Shown one piece after another: positions 8,224 to 16,620 of a stretch of 47,397 bases of DNA. Both the position numbers and the translations under genes were made by a program. How positions within the stretch are numbered: position 1 is the stretch's first letter; the number at the start of each line of letters is the position of its first letter. The notes beneath the pieces were generated by a model, which worked only from the letters and a program-made list of their open reading frames with translations, ran no database searches and had not been told where the DNA came from. Source of the DNA: an uncultured Rickettsiales bacterium (lineage in GTDB: Bacteria; Pseudomonadota; Alphaproteobacteria; Rickettsiales; SXRF01); contig CAZUKF010000001.1 of NCBI GenBank assembly GCA_964620765.1, positions 1-47,397 on the forward strand, given 5' to 3'.

Positions 8224-9310
8224 AGCCGCCGTGAAAGAACATGTGCCGGAAGCGGAAACCAAGCGGCTGATCCGCTTTGTGGACGCGATCGCCGAGGCCT
8301 GCGCGCAGGAAATGGAGCGCGACGAGCGCGTGTTCGTGTTCGGGCTGGACGTGGACGACCACAAATCCATCCAGGGTTCCACCGCCGGGCTGGTGGAGAA
8401 GTTCGGCCCCGAGCGCTGCTTCGGCACACCGCTGTCGGAAGACGCGATGACCGGCATGGCCATCGGCGCTGCCATGGCGGGCTATCGGCCGGTGCACGTG
8501 CACATCCGCATGGATTTCATGATGCTGGCGATGAACCAGCTGGTCAACATGGCCGCCAAATCGCACTACATGTATAACGGGCAGGTGAAGATCCCGCTGG
8601 TGGTGCGCACGATGATCGGCCGCAGCTGGGGCCAGGGCGCGCAGCATTCACAGGCGCTGCATTCCATGTTCATGCATGTGCCGGGCCTGAAAGTGGTGGC
8701 GCCCAGCAACGCGCATGACGCCAAGGGCGCGCTGATTGCCGCGATACGCGACGACAACCCCGTTATTTTCATGGAGCACCGCCTGCTCTGCAACATGCAG
8801 TCTTACGTGGCGGAAGAAGCGTTTGCCACCGAGGTGGGCAAGGGCCGCGTGATGCATGAAGGCAAAGATGTGACGATTGTGGGCATCTCGCACATGGTGA
8901 TCGAGGCATTGCGCGCCAGCCATTACCTCGAGAAGGCGGGCATCTCCGCCGAGGTGATTGACCCCATCTGGCTGCAGCCGCTGGACATGGAACTCATCCT
9001 CGCCTCGGTTAAAAAAACCGGGCGCCTGCTGGTGGTGGACAACGGCTGGCTGAACTGCGGCAGCGCCGGTGAAATCATCACCCGCGTGCTGGAGCATGCG
9101 CAAACCGAAGGCTGGCCCGTACCGCGCATGCAGCGCATGGGCTTTGCGCCCACGCCCTGCCCTACTACCAAACCGCTGGAAAATCTTTTCTACCCCAACG
9201 GCAAGACCATTGCCGAAGCGGCGCACAAGCTGATTGACCCGAAGGGCAGGATTGATTTGCCCGCTGATCACGAGATCAAAGAAGTCGACGAGTTCAAAGG
9301 ACCGTTTTAA
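8216..9310 (+). CDS. ThDP-dependent 2-oxoacid dehydrogenase E1 component, beta subunit family
   Basis: Transketolase-like pyrimidine-binding and C-terminal domains (FGLDVDD..., GTPLSEDAMTGMAIGAAMAGYRP, DPIWLQPLD). An 8-nt overlap with the alpha subunit gene. Confidence 0.85.
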   Translation: MLKAAVKEHVPEAETKRLIRFVDAIAEACAQEMERDERVFVFGLDVDDHKSIQGSTAGLVEKFGPERCFGTPLSEDAMTGMAIGAAMAGYRPVHVHIRMDFMMLAMNQLVNMAAKSHYMYNGQVKIPLVVRTMIGRSWGQGAQHSQALHSMFMHVPGLKVVAPSNAHDAKGALIAAIRDDNPVIFMEHRLLCNMQSYVAEEAFATEVGKGRVMHEGKDVTIVGISHMVIEALRASHYLEKAGISAEVIDPIWLQPLDMELILASVKKTGRLLVVDNGWLNCGSAGEIITRVLEHAQTEGWPVPRMQRMGFAPTPCPTTKPLENLFYPNGKTIAEAAHKLIDPKGRIDLPADHEIKEVDEFKGPF

Positions 9311-9682
9311 ATGAATACCAGCACGCACTCTCTGTTCTACTGGCTCGGGTTGATGCTGGTAGTCGTGGTGATGCACAGCACCTCGCAGATGCTCTATAAA
9401 AGCGGCGTGCACAATGTGCGCTTCTCCGACCCCATCAACACGCTGCTGCTGAATGGGCCGGTGTTTTTCGGCTACGTTGTTTCCTTTGCCGCGTCGCTGC
9501 TTTACCTGCATGTCATCCAGCACGTGCCGCTGACCACCGCTTTCCCCACCACGGTGCTGATCCAGGTGCTTGTCATCCTGGGCGCGCATTTCCTGTTCAA
9601 GGAAGCCATTACCGTCAACCACCTCATCGGCTTCGGGCTGATTTTCGGCGGGCTGTACTTCATCTGGAAGCCGGCGGCGTGA
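9311..9682 (+). CDS. Small 4-TM EamA/SMR-like membrane protein (ArnE/ArnF-like half transporter)
   Basis: 123 aa with four hydrophobic segments. The ATG immediately follows the E1 beta stop. The C-terminal GLIFGGLYFIW is typical of DMT/SMR half units. Confidence 0.6.
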   Translation: MNTSTHSLFYWLGLMLVVVVMHSTSQMLYKSGVHNVRFSDPINTLLLNGPVFFGYVVSFAASLLYLHVIQHVPLTTAFPTTVLIQVLVILGAHFLFKEAITVNHLIGFGLIFGGLYFIWKPAA

Positions 9683-10581
9683 GCGGCGACAAGGTCCGAT
9701 ACGTAACGCCGGACGCACTCCCTGGAACACTGCGCTCGCTCAGTTCCTGCACGCGCACCACGCAAGGCCGCTTCACGCTGCTGACGGATTATTCGCTGGA
9801 AGACATGGAGTGGAACCACATGGACCATCTCCACCGCCCCACCATGCACCGCACTTATAACACCGTGGCGCGCCTCGCGCTGGGTAAGGATTTTGCCCTC
9901 TCGCTCACGCGCTGGGGTAAATGGCCGTTCTTCCTGCAGATCAGCGACGTGCGTATCCGCCCGGGGCTTTATTACCAGGTGATGATCATCGCCGGGTTTA
10001 TATACCTGCATAATGTCATCCACATGGAAGAAGAAAACGACCGTATGCGCCTCACAGTGGAGTGGAATATCGCTTCGCACTGGCTGTTCAAGCCCCTGCA
10101 CGGCGTGCTCTCGCGCAAGCTTTACCGGCTTAATGAACGCTTACAGCGCGAAGACACGCCCATCCGCGACCGCCGCAAGAAACTGCGCACTTGCGGCTAT
10201 TCTTTCCGCTCATCGCCCGTGGATTACTTATCCTCCAACCGGCTCACTAACAACACGGTGTACCCGCCGCTGGCAGCGGACGCGCATATCCTGCTTTCCG
10301 GCCTTGCGCCCGAACCGAAGTCTTTTACGGCCGGGACACTGGAATTTATTGCCCGGTGGGAGGGCGAAGAAATTCATGTTTGGCCGCGCGCATGCCCGCA
10401 CGAAGGAGCTGATCTTATGGAAGGTACGCTGGAGAAAAATTGCCAGTTTACCTGCCTATGGCACGGCCTAAAGTTTTCCCCGGCCCGCCTCTCCGCGGTG
10501 CAGAAGAGCGTGAGCCTTTACGGGTTTGACTTCCGCCTGGAGGAAGACCGTGTCAGCATTTCCGCTCTGCCTCAAGTGTAA
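9679..10581 (+). CDS. Fused oxygenase: His-rich putative non-heme iron domain (N-terminal) plus a Rieske [2Fe-2S] domain (C-terminal)
   Basis: GTG start in a GTGA overlap with the upstream stop. N-terminal WNHMDHLHRPTMH motif. C-terminal Rieske ligands CPHEGADL...CLWHG. Confidence 0.6.
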   Translation: MSGDKVRYVTPDALPGTLRSLSSCTRTTQGRFTLLTDYSLEDMEWNHMDHLHRPTMHRTYNTVARLALGKDFALSLTRWGKWPFFLQISDVRIRPGLYYQVMIIAGFIYLHNVIHMEEENDRMRLTVEWNIASHWLFKPLHGVLSRKLYRLNERLQREDTPIRDRRKKLRTCGYSFRSSPVDYLSSNRLTNNTVYPPLAADAHILLSGLAPEPKSFTAGTLEFIARWEGEEIHVWPRACPHEGADLMEGTLEKNCQFTCLWHGLKFSPARLSAVQKSVSLYGFDFRLEEDRVSISALPQV

Positions 10582-10831
10582 AGGTCTTGGCGCAGAAGCT
10601 GCCGCTTTCAAGATCGTAATAACAACCATGCCAGGGGCATTGCAGGCGGCTGCCGCTCACGCGGCCTTGCTCCAGCGGCGCGCCCTGGTGCGGGCAGCGG
10701 CGCGGCAGCTCCATCTCGCGCCCTTTATAAAACACGATGATGCGTGTGCCGCTGCCCGGCGCCACTGTCACAGGCTTCCACGTGCTGTGCCGCATGGCAA
10801 AGGCGAGCCGTTTAAAAAACCTATGCAACAT
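10553..10831 (-). CDS. Small Rieske [2Fe-2S] protein
   Basis: 92 aa with CPHQGAPL...CPWHG. ATG 10829-10831. Its 3' end overlaps the convergent fused oxygenase gene by 29 nt. Confidence 0.8.
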   Translation of the reverse strand: MLHRFFKRLAFAMRHSTWKPVTVAPGSGTRIIVFYKGREMELPRRCPHQGAPLEQGRVSGSRLQCPWHGCYYDLESGSFCAKTFTLEAERKC

Positions 10832-11450
10832 CTTTCATATCCTGGATATCGATGAAATGCGCCCCCGTTTCCGGCAGCTTACCACCGTTATAGAAGGCAT
10901 CGAACATATCATACGCTTCCGGCACGTGCGGGACGCACTGAGCGCCTTCGAAATTCTTCATGGAAAGGCGCTCGCGGATAAGCGCATCATCCTCGGCTAC
11001 CAGCACACGCATGCGCTTCTTGAAAATCCAGAAAAACAAGGCGCGCATGTGCCACCAGTAAAAAGGCAGCTCGAAGATGAACTCGCCGATCAGCTCCACG
11101 CCACCTTCAGGCGTTTCGTTGATGAAAGAGTCCAGGTAATGCCGCTTACCGCTGCCTACGTGGTAATAGAGGTTGCAATACCCTGCCTGCTCCGGCCGCC
11201 AATCCCTGAAGACGATGTAATTGTCAAACCACGGCAAGGGATAGAGCCGCCGCGAACGGTATAGGAATATTTCGCGCCCGTCCCGCTTGTAGAGCAGGGT
11301 ATAGCGGGCGATGTGGCGGCGGTGCACATGTGTAAAATGCGTCCAATCATTGGCGTTGTCGGCAATGGCATCCAGCACCGCTTTGCGCTTCGTGGCATCG
11401 GCAATCGGCGCAACCCTGATTTCGCGGCGAATGTGAATGTGATAGCTCAT
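10821..11450 (-). CDS. Putative non-heme iron oxygenase catalytic component, paralogous to the N-terminal part of ORF 9679-10581
   Basis: Start at ATG 11448-11450 (MSYHIHI), in an ATGA overlap with the upstream methyltransferase. WTHFTHVHRRH motif aligns with WNHMDHLHRPTMH of the fused paralog. An 11-nt overlap with the downstream Rieske gene. Confidence 0.5.
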   Translation of the reverse strand: MSYHIHIRREIRVAPIADATKRKAVLDAIADNANDWTHFTHVHRRHIARYTLLYKRDGREIFLYRSRRLYPLPWFDNYIVFRDWRPEQAGYCNLYYHVGSGKRHYLDSFINETPEGGVELIGEFIFELPFYWWHMRALFFWIFKKRMRVLVAEDDALIRERLSMKNFEGAQCVPHVPEAYDMFDAFYNGGKLPETGAHFIDIQDMKDVA

Positions 11451-12238
11451 GCTTTCTCCAGCTGGATAGTCATCAGCGTGCACAAGCCCGGCAACAGGCG
11501 CCAGGTTGCTTTTTCCAGCGCCATGTAAGGCACGGCGAGCACGGCGGGCACCAGGCTACGATACGTCATGCCGCCCGTGATGTAATAGGCGAGCAGGGTG
11601 TGGCAGCGCTTTTCACGCAGCACGAGATGCGGGAACTGCGCCTCGTACTGGCTGCGGTCGCGCACGAAAATCGTCCACGGCAGCGCACAGTTGGCGTTTT
11701 TCATGCGCCCTTCTCCACTATTCTTCCAGCCCTGCGCCCGGGTATCATAAAACTCGTAAGGATGCAGCAGCCGCGTAAGCCACCGCCCAACCGGCGATGC
11801 GGTAGGTTCTATCATCACTACCCGGCCGCCCGGCGCAAGGCACCGCTCTGCTTCGCGCAGGAATTTTGCCGGTTCATGCATGTGGTGCATAGCACCTGTG
11901 AGCAGGAAGAGCCGCACGGAAGCATCCTCGAACGGCATATTCTCCGCGTTAACCGCGAGCGAAGCATTGGGGGTAGCAACACAATCTGTTTTCATTACAC
12001 CGGGGATGTATTCTTCCAGGAAACTCGCGCCGCAACCCAGTTCTATAATCGGCAGGCCGGCCAGGTGGGACGTAGGTTCCAGCCCCCGCATCAGCTCGGC
12101 GTACCAGTGCTCGTACACCAGCCGCATAAGCTTTTTCTCCTGCAGGATCCGCCGGTGCACCGTGATGGCGCCAGCCTCATTCACGTCCAGTTCTTGCGCG
12201 AGGGGATGATAGGCTATTTTTTTTAGCAAACCCTTCAT
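11447..12238 (-). CDS. Class I SAM-dependent methyltransferase
   Basis: Motif I IIELGCGASFLEEY and PGGRVVMIEP. ATG 12236-12238. An A8 tract lies at codons 5-8. Confidence 0.8.
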   Translation of the reverse strand: MKGLLKKIAYHPLAQELDVNEAGAITVHRRILQEKKLMRLVYEHWYAELMRGLEPTSHLAGLPIIELGCGASFLEEYIPGVMKTDCVATPNASLAVNAENMPFEDASVRLFLLTGAMHHMHEPAKFLREAERCLAPGGRVVMIEPTASPVGRWLTRLLHPYEFYDTRAQGWKNSGEGRMKNANCALPWTIFVRDRSQYEAQFPHLVLREKRCHTLLAYYITGGMTYRSLVPAVLAVPYMALEKATWRLLPGLCTLMTIQLEKA

Positions 12239-12354
12239 GGCGCGAAACTACAACCGGGTTCAACATTGGTAAAGCCCTAACCGCTCAATGTTTTATATTG
12301 AACGGCAGGCGGGTAAAAGTTAGGGTCAAGAAATAATCATCTCTACTGGTATTC
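12239..12354. promoter_or_regulatory. Divergent intergenic region (AT-richer) with nested inverted repeats; probable divergent promoters or an operator
   Basis: GTTCAACATTG (12258-12268) faces CAATGTTTTATATTGAAC (12286-12303). TATATT at 12294-12299 is a possible -10 box for the plus-strand operon. No -35 box assigned. Confidence 0.3.
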
Positions 12355-13077
12355 ATGACCTCACCTACCGTAGCGCTGCTGCTGCCAGTCAAAAATGAAA
12401 TTGACGGGTTCAAGGCCATCTTCCCGCTGATTGACCGGTCCTTGTTCGATGACATCCTGGTCGTGGACGGCCGCTCAACAGATGGAACCGTGGAATACGC
12501 GCTGTCGCAGGGCCTGCGCGTCATGACACAGCTCCGCAAAGGCCTGGGCTTCGCGGTGCTGGATGCCGTAAATACGCTGGAGACGGATTGTGTCATCGAG
12601 TTCAGCATGGACGGCAACTGCATGGTGGAACATCTGGCCCCGCTGGTGGAGAAGCTGCGCGAAGGTTATGAGCTTGTCATTGTCTCGCGCTACAAGCCGC
12701 CCGCAAAATCTTATGATGACGATATCGTCACCGCTCTGGGCAACTGGGTTTTCTCGCAGATGATGAGCTGGCTCGGGCCGCACCGCATCACCGATTCGCT
12801 CGGCATGTACCGCGGCTTTCACAAGAAGATCATTCACTATCCTGAATTCCTCGCCTTTCTTTACGGGCCTGTATTCGAACCGCTGGTGTCGGCTGTTGCC
12901 AATGCGCGGCGCCTGAAAGTCACCGAGATTCCCGGCGACGAGCCCGCACGCATCGGCGGCGTACGCAAAATGCGCGTGATTTATAACGGTTCGTGCATTT
13001 TATGGATGGTCTTACGGATGTATTTGTTTAAACTGGGGCTGATTCGTTTTGCCAGAATGGAGAATGTATCGCAGTGA
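12355..13077 (+). CDS. Family 2 glycosyltransferase, short polyprenyl-phosphate sugar synthase-like (DPM1/ArnC-like)
   Basis: VALLLPVKNE...ILVVDGRSTDGT plus a DxD-type FSMDGN. One C-terminal hydrophobic helix. 240 aa. Confidence 0.8.
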   Translation: MTSPTVALLLPVKNEIDGFKAIFPLIDRSLFDDILVVDGRSTDGTVEYALSQGLRVMTQLRKGLGFAVLDAVNTLETDCVIEFSMDGNCMVEHLAPLVEKLREGYELVIVSRYKPPAKSYDDDIVTALGNWVFSQMMSWLGPHRITDSLGMYRGFHKKIIHYPEFLAFLYGPVFEPLVSAVANARRLKVTEIPGDEPARIGGVRKMRVIYNGSCILWMVLRMYLFKLGLIRFARMENVSQ

Positions 13078-14642
13078 AGCGTCGTTTCTACCGCCTGTAT
13101 GATTTATTCGCCGCCCGCTACCCCATCGGCCTGAACCGCCGCGCACAGCCATCACCCGAATCTACACCGTTCCTCGTCTGGGGAACCAACAAATTCGCGG
13201 AAACCTTTTCCAGGGTATTGATGGACTGGGACGCCGATATTGTCGCCTTTGTTGATCCCGCCGCCGGGCCAGGTGACACCTGCAACGGCAAACCGGTCCT
13301 GCCGCCCACCGCCGTGCGGGAGGACGAACGCCTCTCAGCACTGCCGATGGTGGTGGCCAGCTCGCGCACCATGACCAGCGGCATCCCCTTTGCCGACCAG
13401 CACGCGCAGCAGCAGTTCAAATGCGCGGTGACGGATATCCTCTTCACGCACGGCCTGAAAAACCACCTGCTGCACCCCGCCGCCCTGCACGAATGGTTCG
13501 AGATTGACTGGAGCCACCGTGCCATCGGCTTCGGCAAGCAGGGGGCGGGCAACACGGTTTACGCACATATTTTTTACGCGCTGCATAAGCACGCGCCCTC
13601 GGCCTTCCGTGCCTCCAGCTACCCGGCGCTGGTTTTTGAAAAGCTGGAAGAAGGCTACACGAACATCATGCTGGAATCGATGTATAATGCCGCAGCGGCC
13701 ATCGGCGCGGGCGGGTGCGGGTTCGGCCCGCACGTTCCCTTCAACTGCATGATGGCAATGCAATACTACGAAAACAAAACGCCGCATGCCTGCAATATTA
13801 CCGGCCTGCCGGTGCAACCGTGGATTTACTCACCGTATTATTCCTATCATGAATTGCCGGACCCGGCGCAGATCAGCCGCCTTTCCCGCATGGGCTGCAA
13901 GCTGTTCCTGGTGTTGCGCTCGCCGCTGGACACGCTGCTCTCCTCCATGAAGAAAAGCGCGGATGCCATGGGCGTGCCGCTCGCCACTTACCTCGCCGAG
14001 CCGAAGGCCTTCTCGTTGCAGGCCCGCCAGCTTTTTGATGAATTGCGCGATTACATCCCCTGCATGGAACACATGCACGTGCTGCGCTACGAACGCCTGC
14101 TTTCCGAACCGCACAGCGTTATCCGCGAGCTGGGCAGCTTATGGAAAATCGATGTGAAGAAGCATACGGCCGCACGCATCTGGGTCCGGATCGGGTTCCG
14201 CCAACTTCCGGACGCGCCGCTCAACCATTTCTGGCAGGGCGGGAAAGGCAAGTCGCGCGCCTGGTTCACGCAGGAACAGCTGGCCGTGCTGGCAGGCATG
14301 GGCGCGGCGGAAATCTGCGCGGCGCTCGGTTACGAGAGCGATGCGCAGCTAATTGCTTCTGTTCCCGCACAGGAACCGCAGAAAACCAGAGGCGCCGTTC
14401 CTACGCAGCGCCATTACATGCGCAGTGCCGGGAATATTGCCATTCACAGCTCGCATCCCGGCGCGGCAGATGCGCTGGAGAAGCATTTTTCCAACCCGTT
14501 TGTGCGCACACTGGCCAATGCCGGCAGCCCGCGGGAAGAACGCCCCGAATCAAATAAATCGCTGCAATGCCTTGTAAAGCAGCTTCAGTCCGCGATGTGG
14601 GCCCTCACGAGCGGGGTTCAAACCTTCGCAATACTCTTGTGA
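13074..14642 (+). CDS. Hypothetical two-domain protein with a sulfotransferase-like C-terminal half
   Basis: GTGA overlap start. FGKQGAGNT resembles a 5'-PSB loop, LVLRSPLDTLLSS resembles the 3'-PB motif R.P.D...S, and VLRYERLLSEPHSVIRELGSLW resembles a sulfotransferase C-terminal motif. The N-terminus is a Rossmann-like FLVWGTNKFAE...VAFVD. Confidence 0.4.
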   Translation: MKRRFYRLYDLFAARYPIGLNRRAQPSPESTPFLVWGTNKFAETFSRVLMDWDADIVAFVDPAAGPGDTCNGKPVLPPTAVREDERLSALPMVVASSRTMTSGIPFADQHAQQQFKCAVTDILFTHGLKNHLLHPAALHEWFEIDWSHRAIGFGKQGAGNTVYAHIFYALHKHAPSAFRASSYPALVFEKLEEGYTNIMLESMYNAAAAIGAGGCGFGPHVPFNCMMAMQYYENKTPHACNITGLPVQPWIYSPYYSYHELPDPAQISRLSRMGCKLFLVLRSPLDTLLSSMKKSADAMGVPLATYLAEPKAFSLQARQLFDELRDYIPCMEHMHVLRYERLLSEPHSVIRELGSLWKIDVKKHTAARIWVRIGFRQLPDAPLNHFWQGGKGKSRAWFTQEQLAVLAGMGAAEICAALGYESDAQLIASVPAQEPQKTRGAVPTQRHYMRSAGNIAIHSSHPGAADALEKHFSNPFVRTLANAGSPREERPESNKSLQCLVKQLQSAMWALTSGVQTFAILL

Positions 14643-15523
14643 TAATACTCGCCTAGCACAAAGGGCATCTGGCGGCGGCCTGTGCCGACATATTTCATCT
14701 CCAGCGCCTCGTATTCGCGGTGCGGCATGATGCGCAGATCCATGCTCACGCGTGAATGCTCCGTCTGGTTGTTCTGCAGCACGTGCAGGCAGCGCGAATC
14801 AAACAAGATGGCCTCGCCCGGCTTGCCTTCCACGATGAAACTGAGATCATTCAGCTCGTCCTGCAGCACATCGCTAGTCTGCACGGCCTCGGCATACGCC
14901 TTGAAGTCAAAATCATAGCGGCGCAGGATGGAAAGGCTGGCCTCCAGCGGCATCAGGCGCATGGAGTTGCTGCCGTAGACGCGCGTCAGCGGGATCCAGA
15001 TATTGATCTCCTGCGGCGGGTGGCCGAGCATGATGTCCGTGTGGTAATTAAGCCGCCAGTTAAAACCCTCCGCCTTGGGGAAATAAAAGCGGATGGTGGG
15101 TGAAAGCTGGAAGATGCCGCTCTCCCCGAGCCATTCCTTCACCGCCACTTCGGCGCAGAACTCGTTGTAGAGCTTGTCGAAGGCGGGGTTGCGGTCATAA
15201 TAATTGCGCGAGATCTCGTTGATGCCGGAGTTATCCAGCCGCATCTGCGGCGGTACAAGGTGCTTGTGCAGTTCCATGAGGTCCACGTCCGTGGGCGCGG
15301 CAATGCCTTTTTCCGGCAGCATGTCCGCCAGCATCTGCGCAAAAGGGTAGCGCTTCACATCATACTTGCGGCGGGCCACGCCGGAGGGGTCAAAGCGCTG
15401 CTGGAACAGCGAGGTACGCTCCATATCGCGGTGGATGATGGCACGCTTCTCCGGCGCGCTGTAATCCGATACCGAGGAATAGTCGGTTACGTTGTAGGTG
15501 GTTTTCTGGACGGAACCTTTCAT
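14618..15523 (-). CDS. Fe(II)/2-oxoglutarate dioxygenase, PhyH-like
   Basis: HxD in NYHTDIM, distal His in RCLHVLQNN, and RVSMDLR. The 3' end overlaps the convergent gene by 25 nt. Confidence 0.6.
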   Translation of the reverse strand: MKGSVQKTTYNVTDYSSVSDYSAPEKRAIIHRDMERTSLFQQRFDPSGVARRKYDVKRYPFAQMLADMLPEKGIAAPTDVDLMELHKHLVPPQMRLDNSGINEISRNYYDRNPAFDKLYNEFCAEVAVKEWLGESGIFQLSPTIRFYFPKAEGFNWRLNYHTDIMLGHPPQEINIWIPLTRVYGSNSMRLMPLEASLSILRRYDFDFKAYAEAVQTSDVLQDELNDLSFIVEGKPGEAILFDSRCLHVLQNNQTEHSRVSMDLRIMPHREYEALEMKYVGTGRRQMPFVLGEYYHKSIAKV

Positions 15524-16620
15524 GGCTGCGCCGTGCGTACAAAGGTAAAGCGGTTAGCGCCTTGGGCGGAGCGTATCTCGCCCTGCTGCATGCGGACGAT
15601 GTAATAGAAATGGTTGATATAAGGCACGTCGTAATGCAGGGGCTCGTTCGCATCCAGCGAACCTGCGAAAGGCATGTTGTGGCGGTACATTGCCGCTGCG
15701 CCCTTCGCACCGCCCTTGCCGGGCAGCAGGGTGGGCTGCTTCAGTGCAGGATACACATCGCTTTTGGTGAGGAGCATGCCGAAATTATCAATGTCGGACT
15801 CTTCATCCGGCACCAGGAATTTCTCTACCACGCGCAGGCCGCATTCGCGCGCCATGCGCTCCACGCCTTCCTCGGTGAAATTGTGCTTGTGTGCCATGAA
15901 AAAGGCGTCGCGCCAGTCCACCATCGTCCACAGGATAGGGATTTCCAGGTAGATCAGCCCGCGTTCAGGATTCACCCAGCCCGCCAGCTTCTGCAACATG
16001 GCGCGCGGGTCATCCAGGTGCTCAAGGCAGTGCGCAAACAGGATCACGTCAAACTGCTCGCGCGCAAGATTAAGATCCTCGAGTGCGCTGTGGTGAACCT
16101 TGATGCCCAACTGCTCGAGGATGTAATGCGCGCGGTCATCCTCCACCTCCACCGCCTGCACGTCAAAGCCGCGGCGGCGGAAAAAATCCACGCCCGAGCC
16201 GTAGGCTGCACCCACATCCAGCAGCTTGCCTTTGCGCATGAAGCGGCTGAGCAGCGTGTAATACTGGCGGTAACGGCCGAGGCGGTCCTGCTCCAGCTTG
16301 GGGTTGAACACTTCAAGCTTGCCGGTCGCAATCTGCTTCCAGCGCTGCTGGAACCAGCGGCAGCCGGGGGAGATGCTGCGCCACACATGCGCGCACTCGT
16401 TGCAAGTACTGGTCTCGAAAAAGGAAAGCCCTTCCTTTGAAACTTCGCTGATAACCAGCCGGTTTTCCGACATGCAGACCGGGCAGTGCGGCAGCTTCAG
16501 CAGGTCGGCTGCCGACACGGAATAAAAAAGCTCTTCCGGCTCGCGCTGCGCCAGCACCTCCAACGTATTATCCATGCAGATCGAAACGCGCTCTTTCTGT
16601 TTTTGCGTCTGAACCGTCAT
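15520..16620 (-). CDS. Class I SAM-dependent methyltransferase with an N-terminal Cys4 zinc-ribbon
   Basis: CPVC...CNEC followed by LLDVGAAYGSGVDFFRRRGFDVQAVEVED. 4-nt overlaps on both sides. Confidence 0.8.
   Translation of the reverse strand: MTVQTQKQKERVSICMDNTLEVLAQREPEELFYSVSAADLLKLPHCPVCMSENRLVISEVSKEGLSFFETSTCNECAHVWRSISPGCRWFQQRWKQIATGKLEVFNPKLEQDRLGRYRQYYTLLSRFMRKGKLLDVGAAYGSGVDFFRRRGFDVQAVEVEDDRAHYILEQLGIKVHHSALEDLNLAREQFDVILFAHCLEHLDDPRAMLQKLAGWVNPERGLIYLEIPILWTMVDWRDAFFMAHKHNFTEEGVERMARECGLRVVEKFLVPDEESDIDNFGMLLTKSDVYPALKQPTLLPGKGGAKGAAAMYRHNMPFAGSLDANEPLHYDVPYINHFYYIVRMQQGEIRSAQGANRFTFVRTAQP

Noticed and set aside
7147-9730. Long antisense ORFs 7147-8475 and 8648-9730. Similar shadow ORFs are 4421-5356, 15562-16440, 20032-21111, 21143-22162, 23612-24871, 25933-26790, 35564-36688 and 41233-42531.
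   Set aside because: All lie opposite ORFs with unambiguous enzyme motifs. They translate to Arg/Ala/Gly/His-rich low-complexity strings, the usual shadow ORFs of high-GC DNA.
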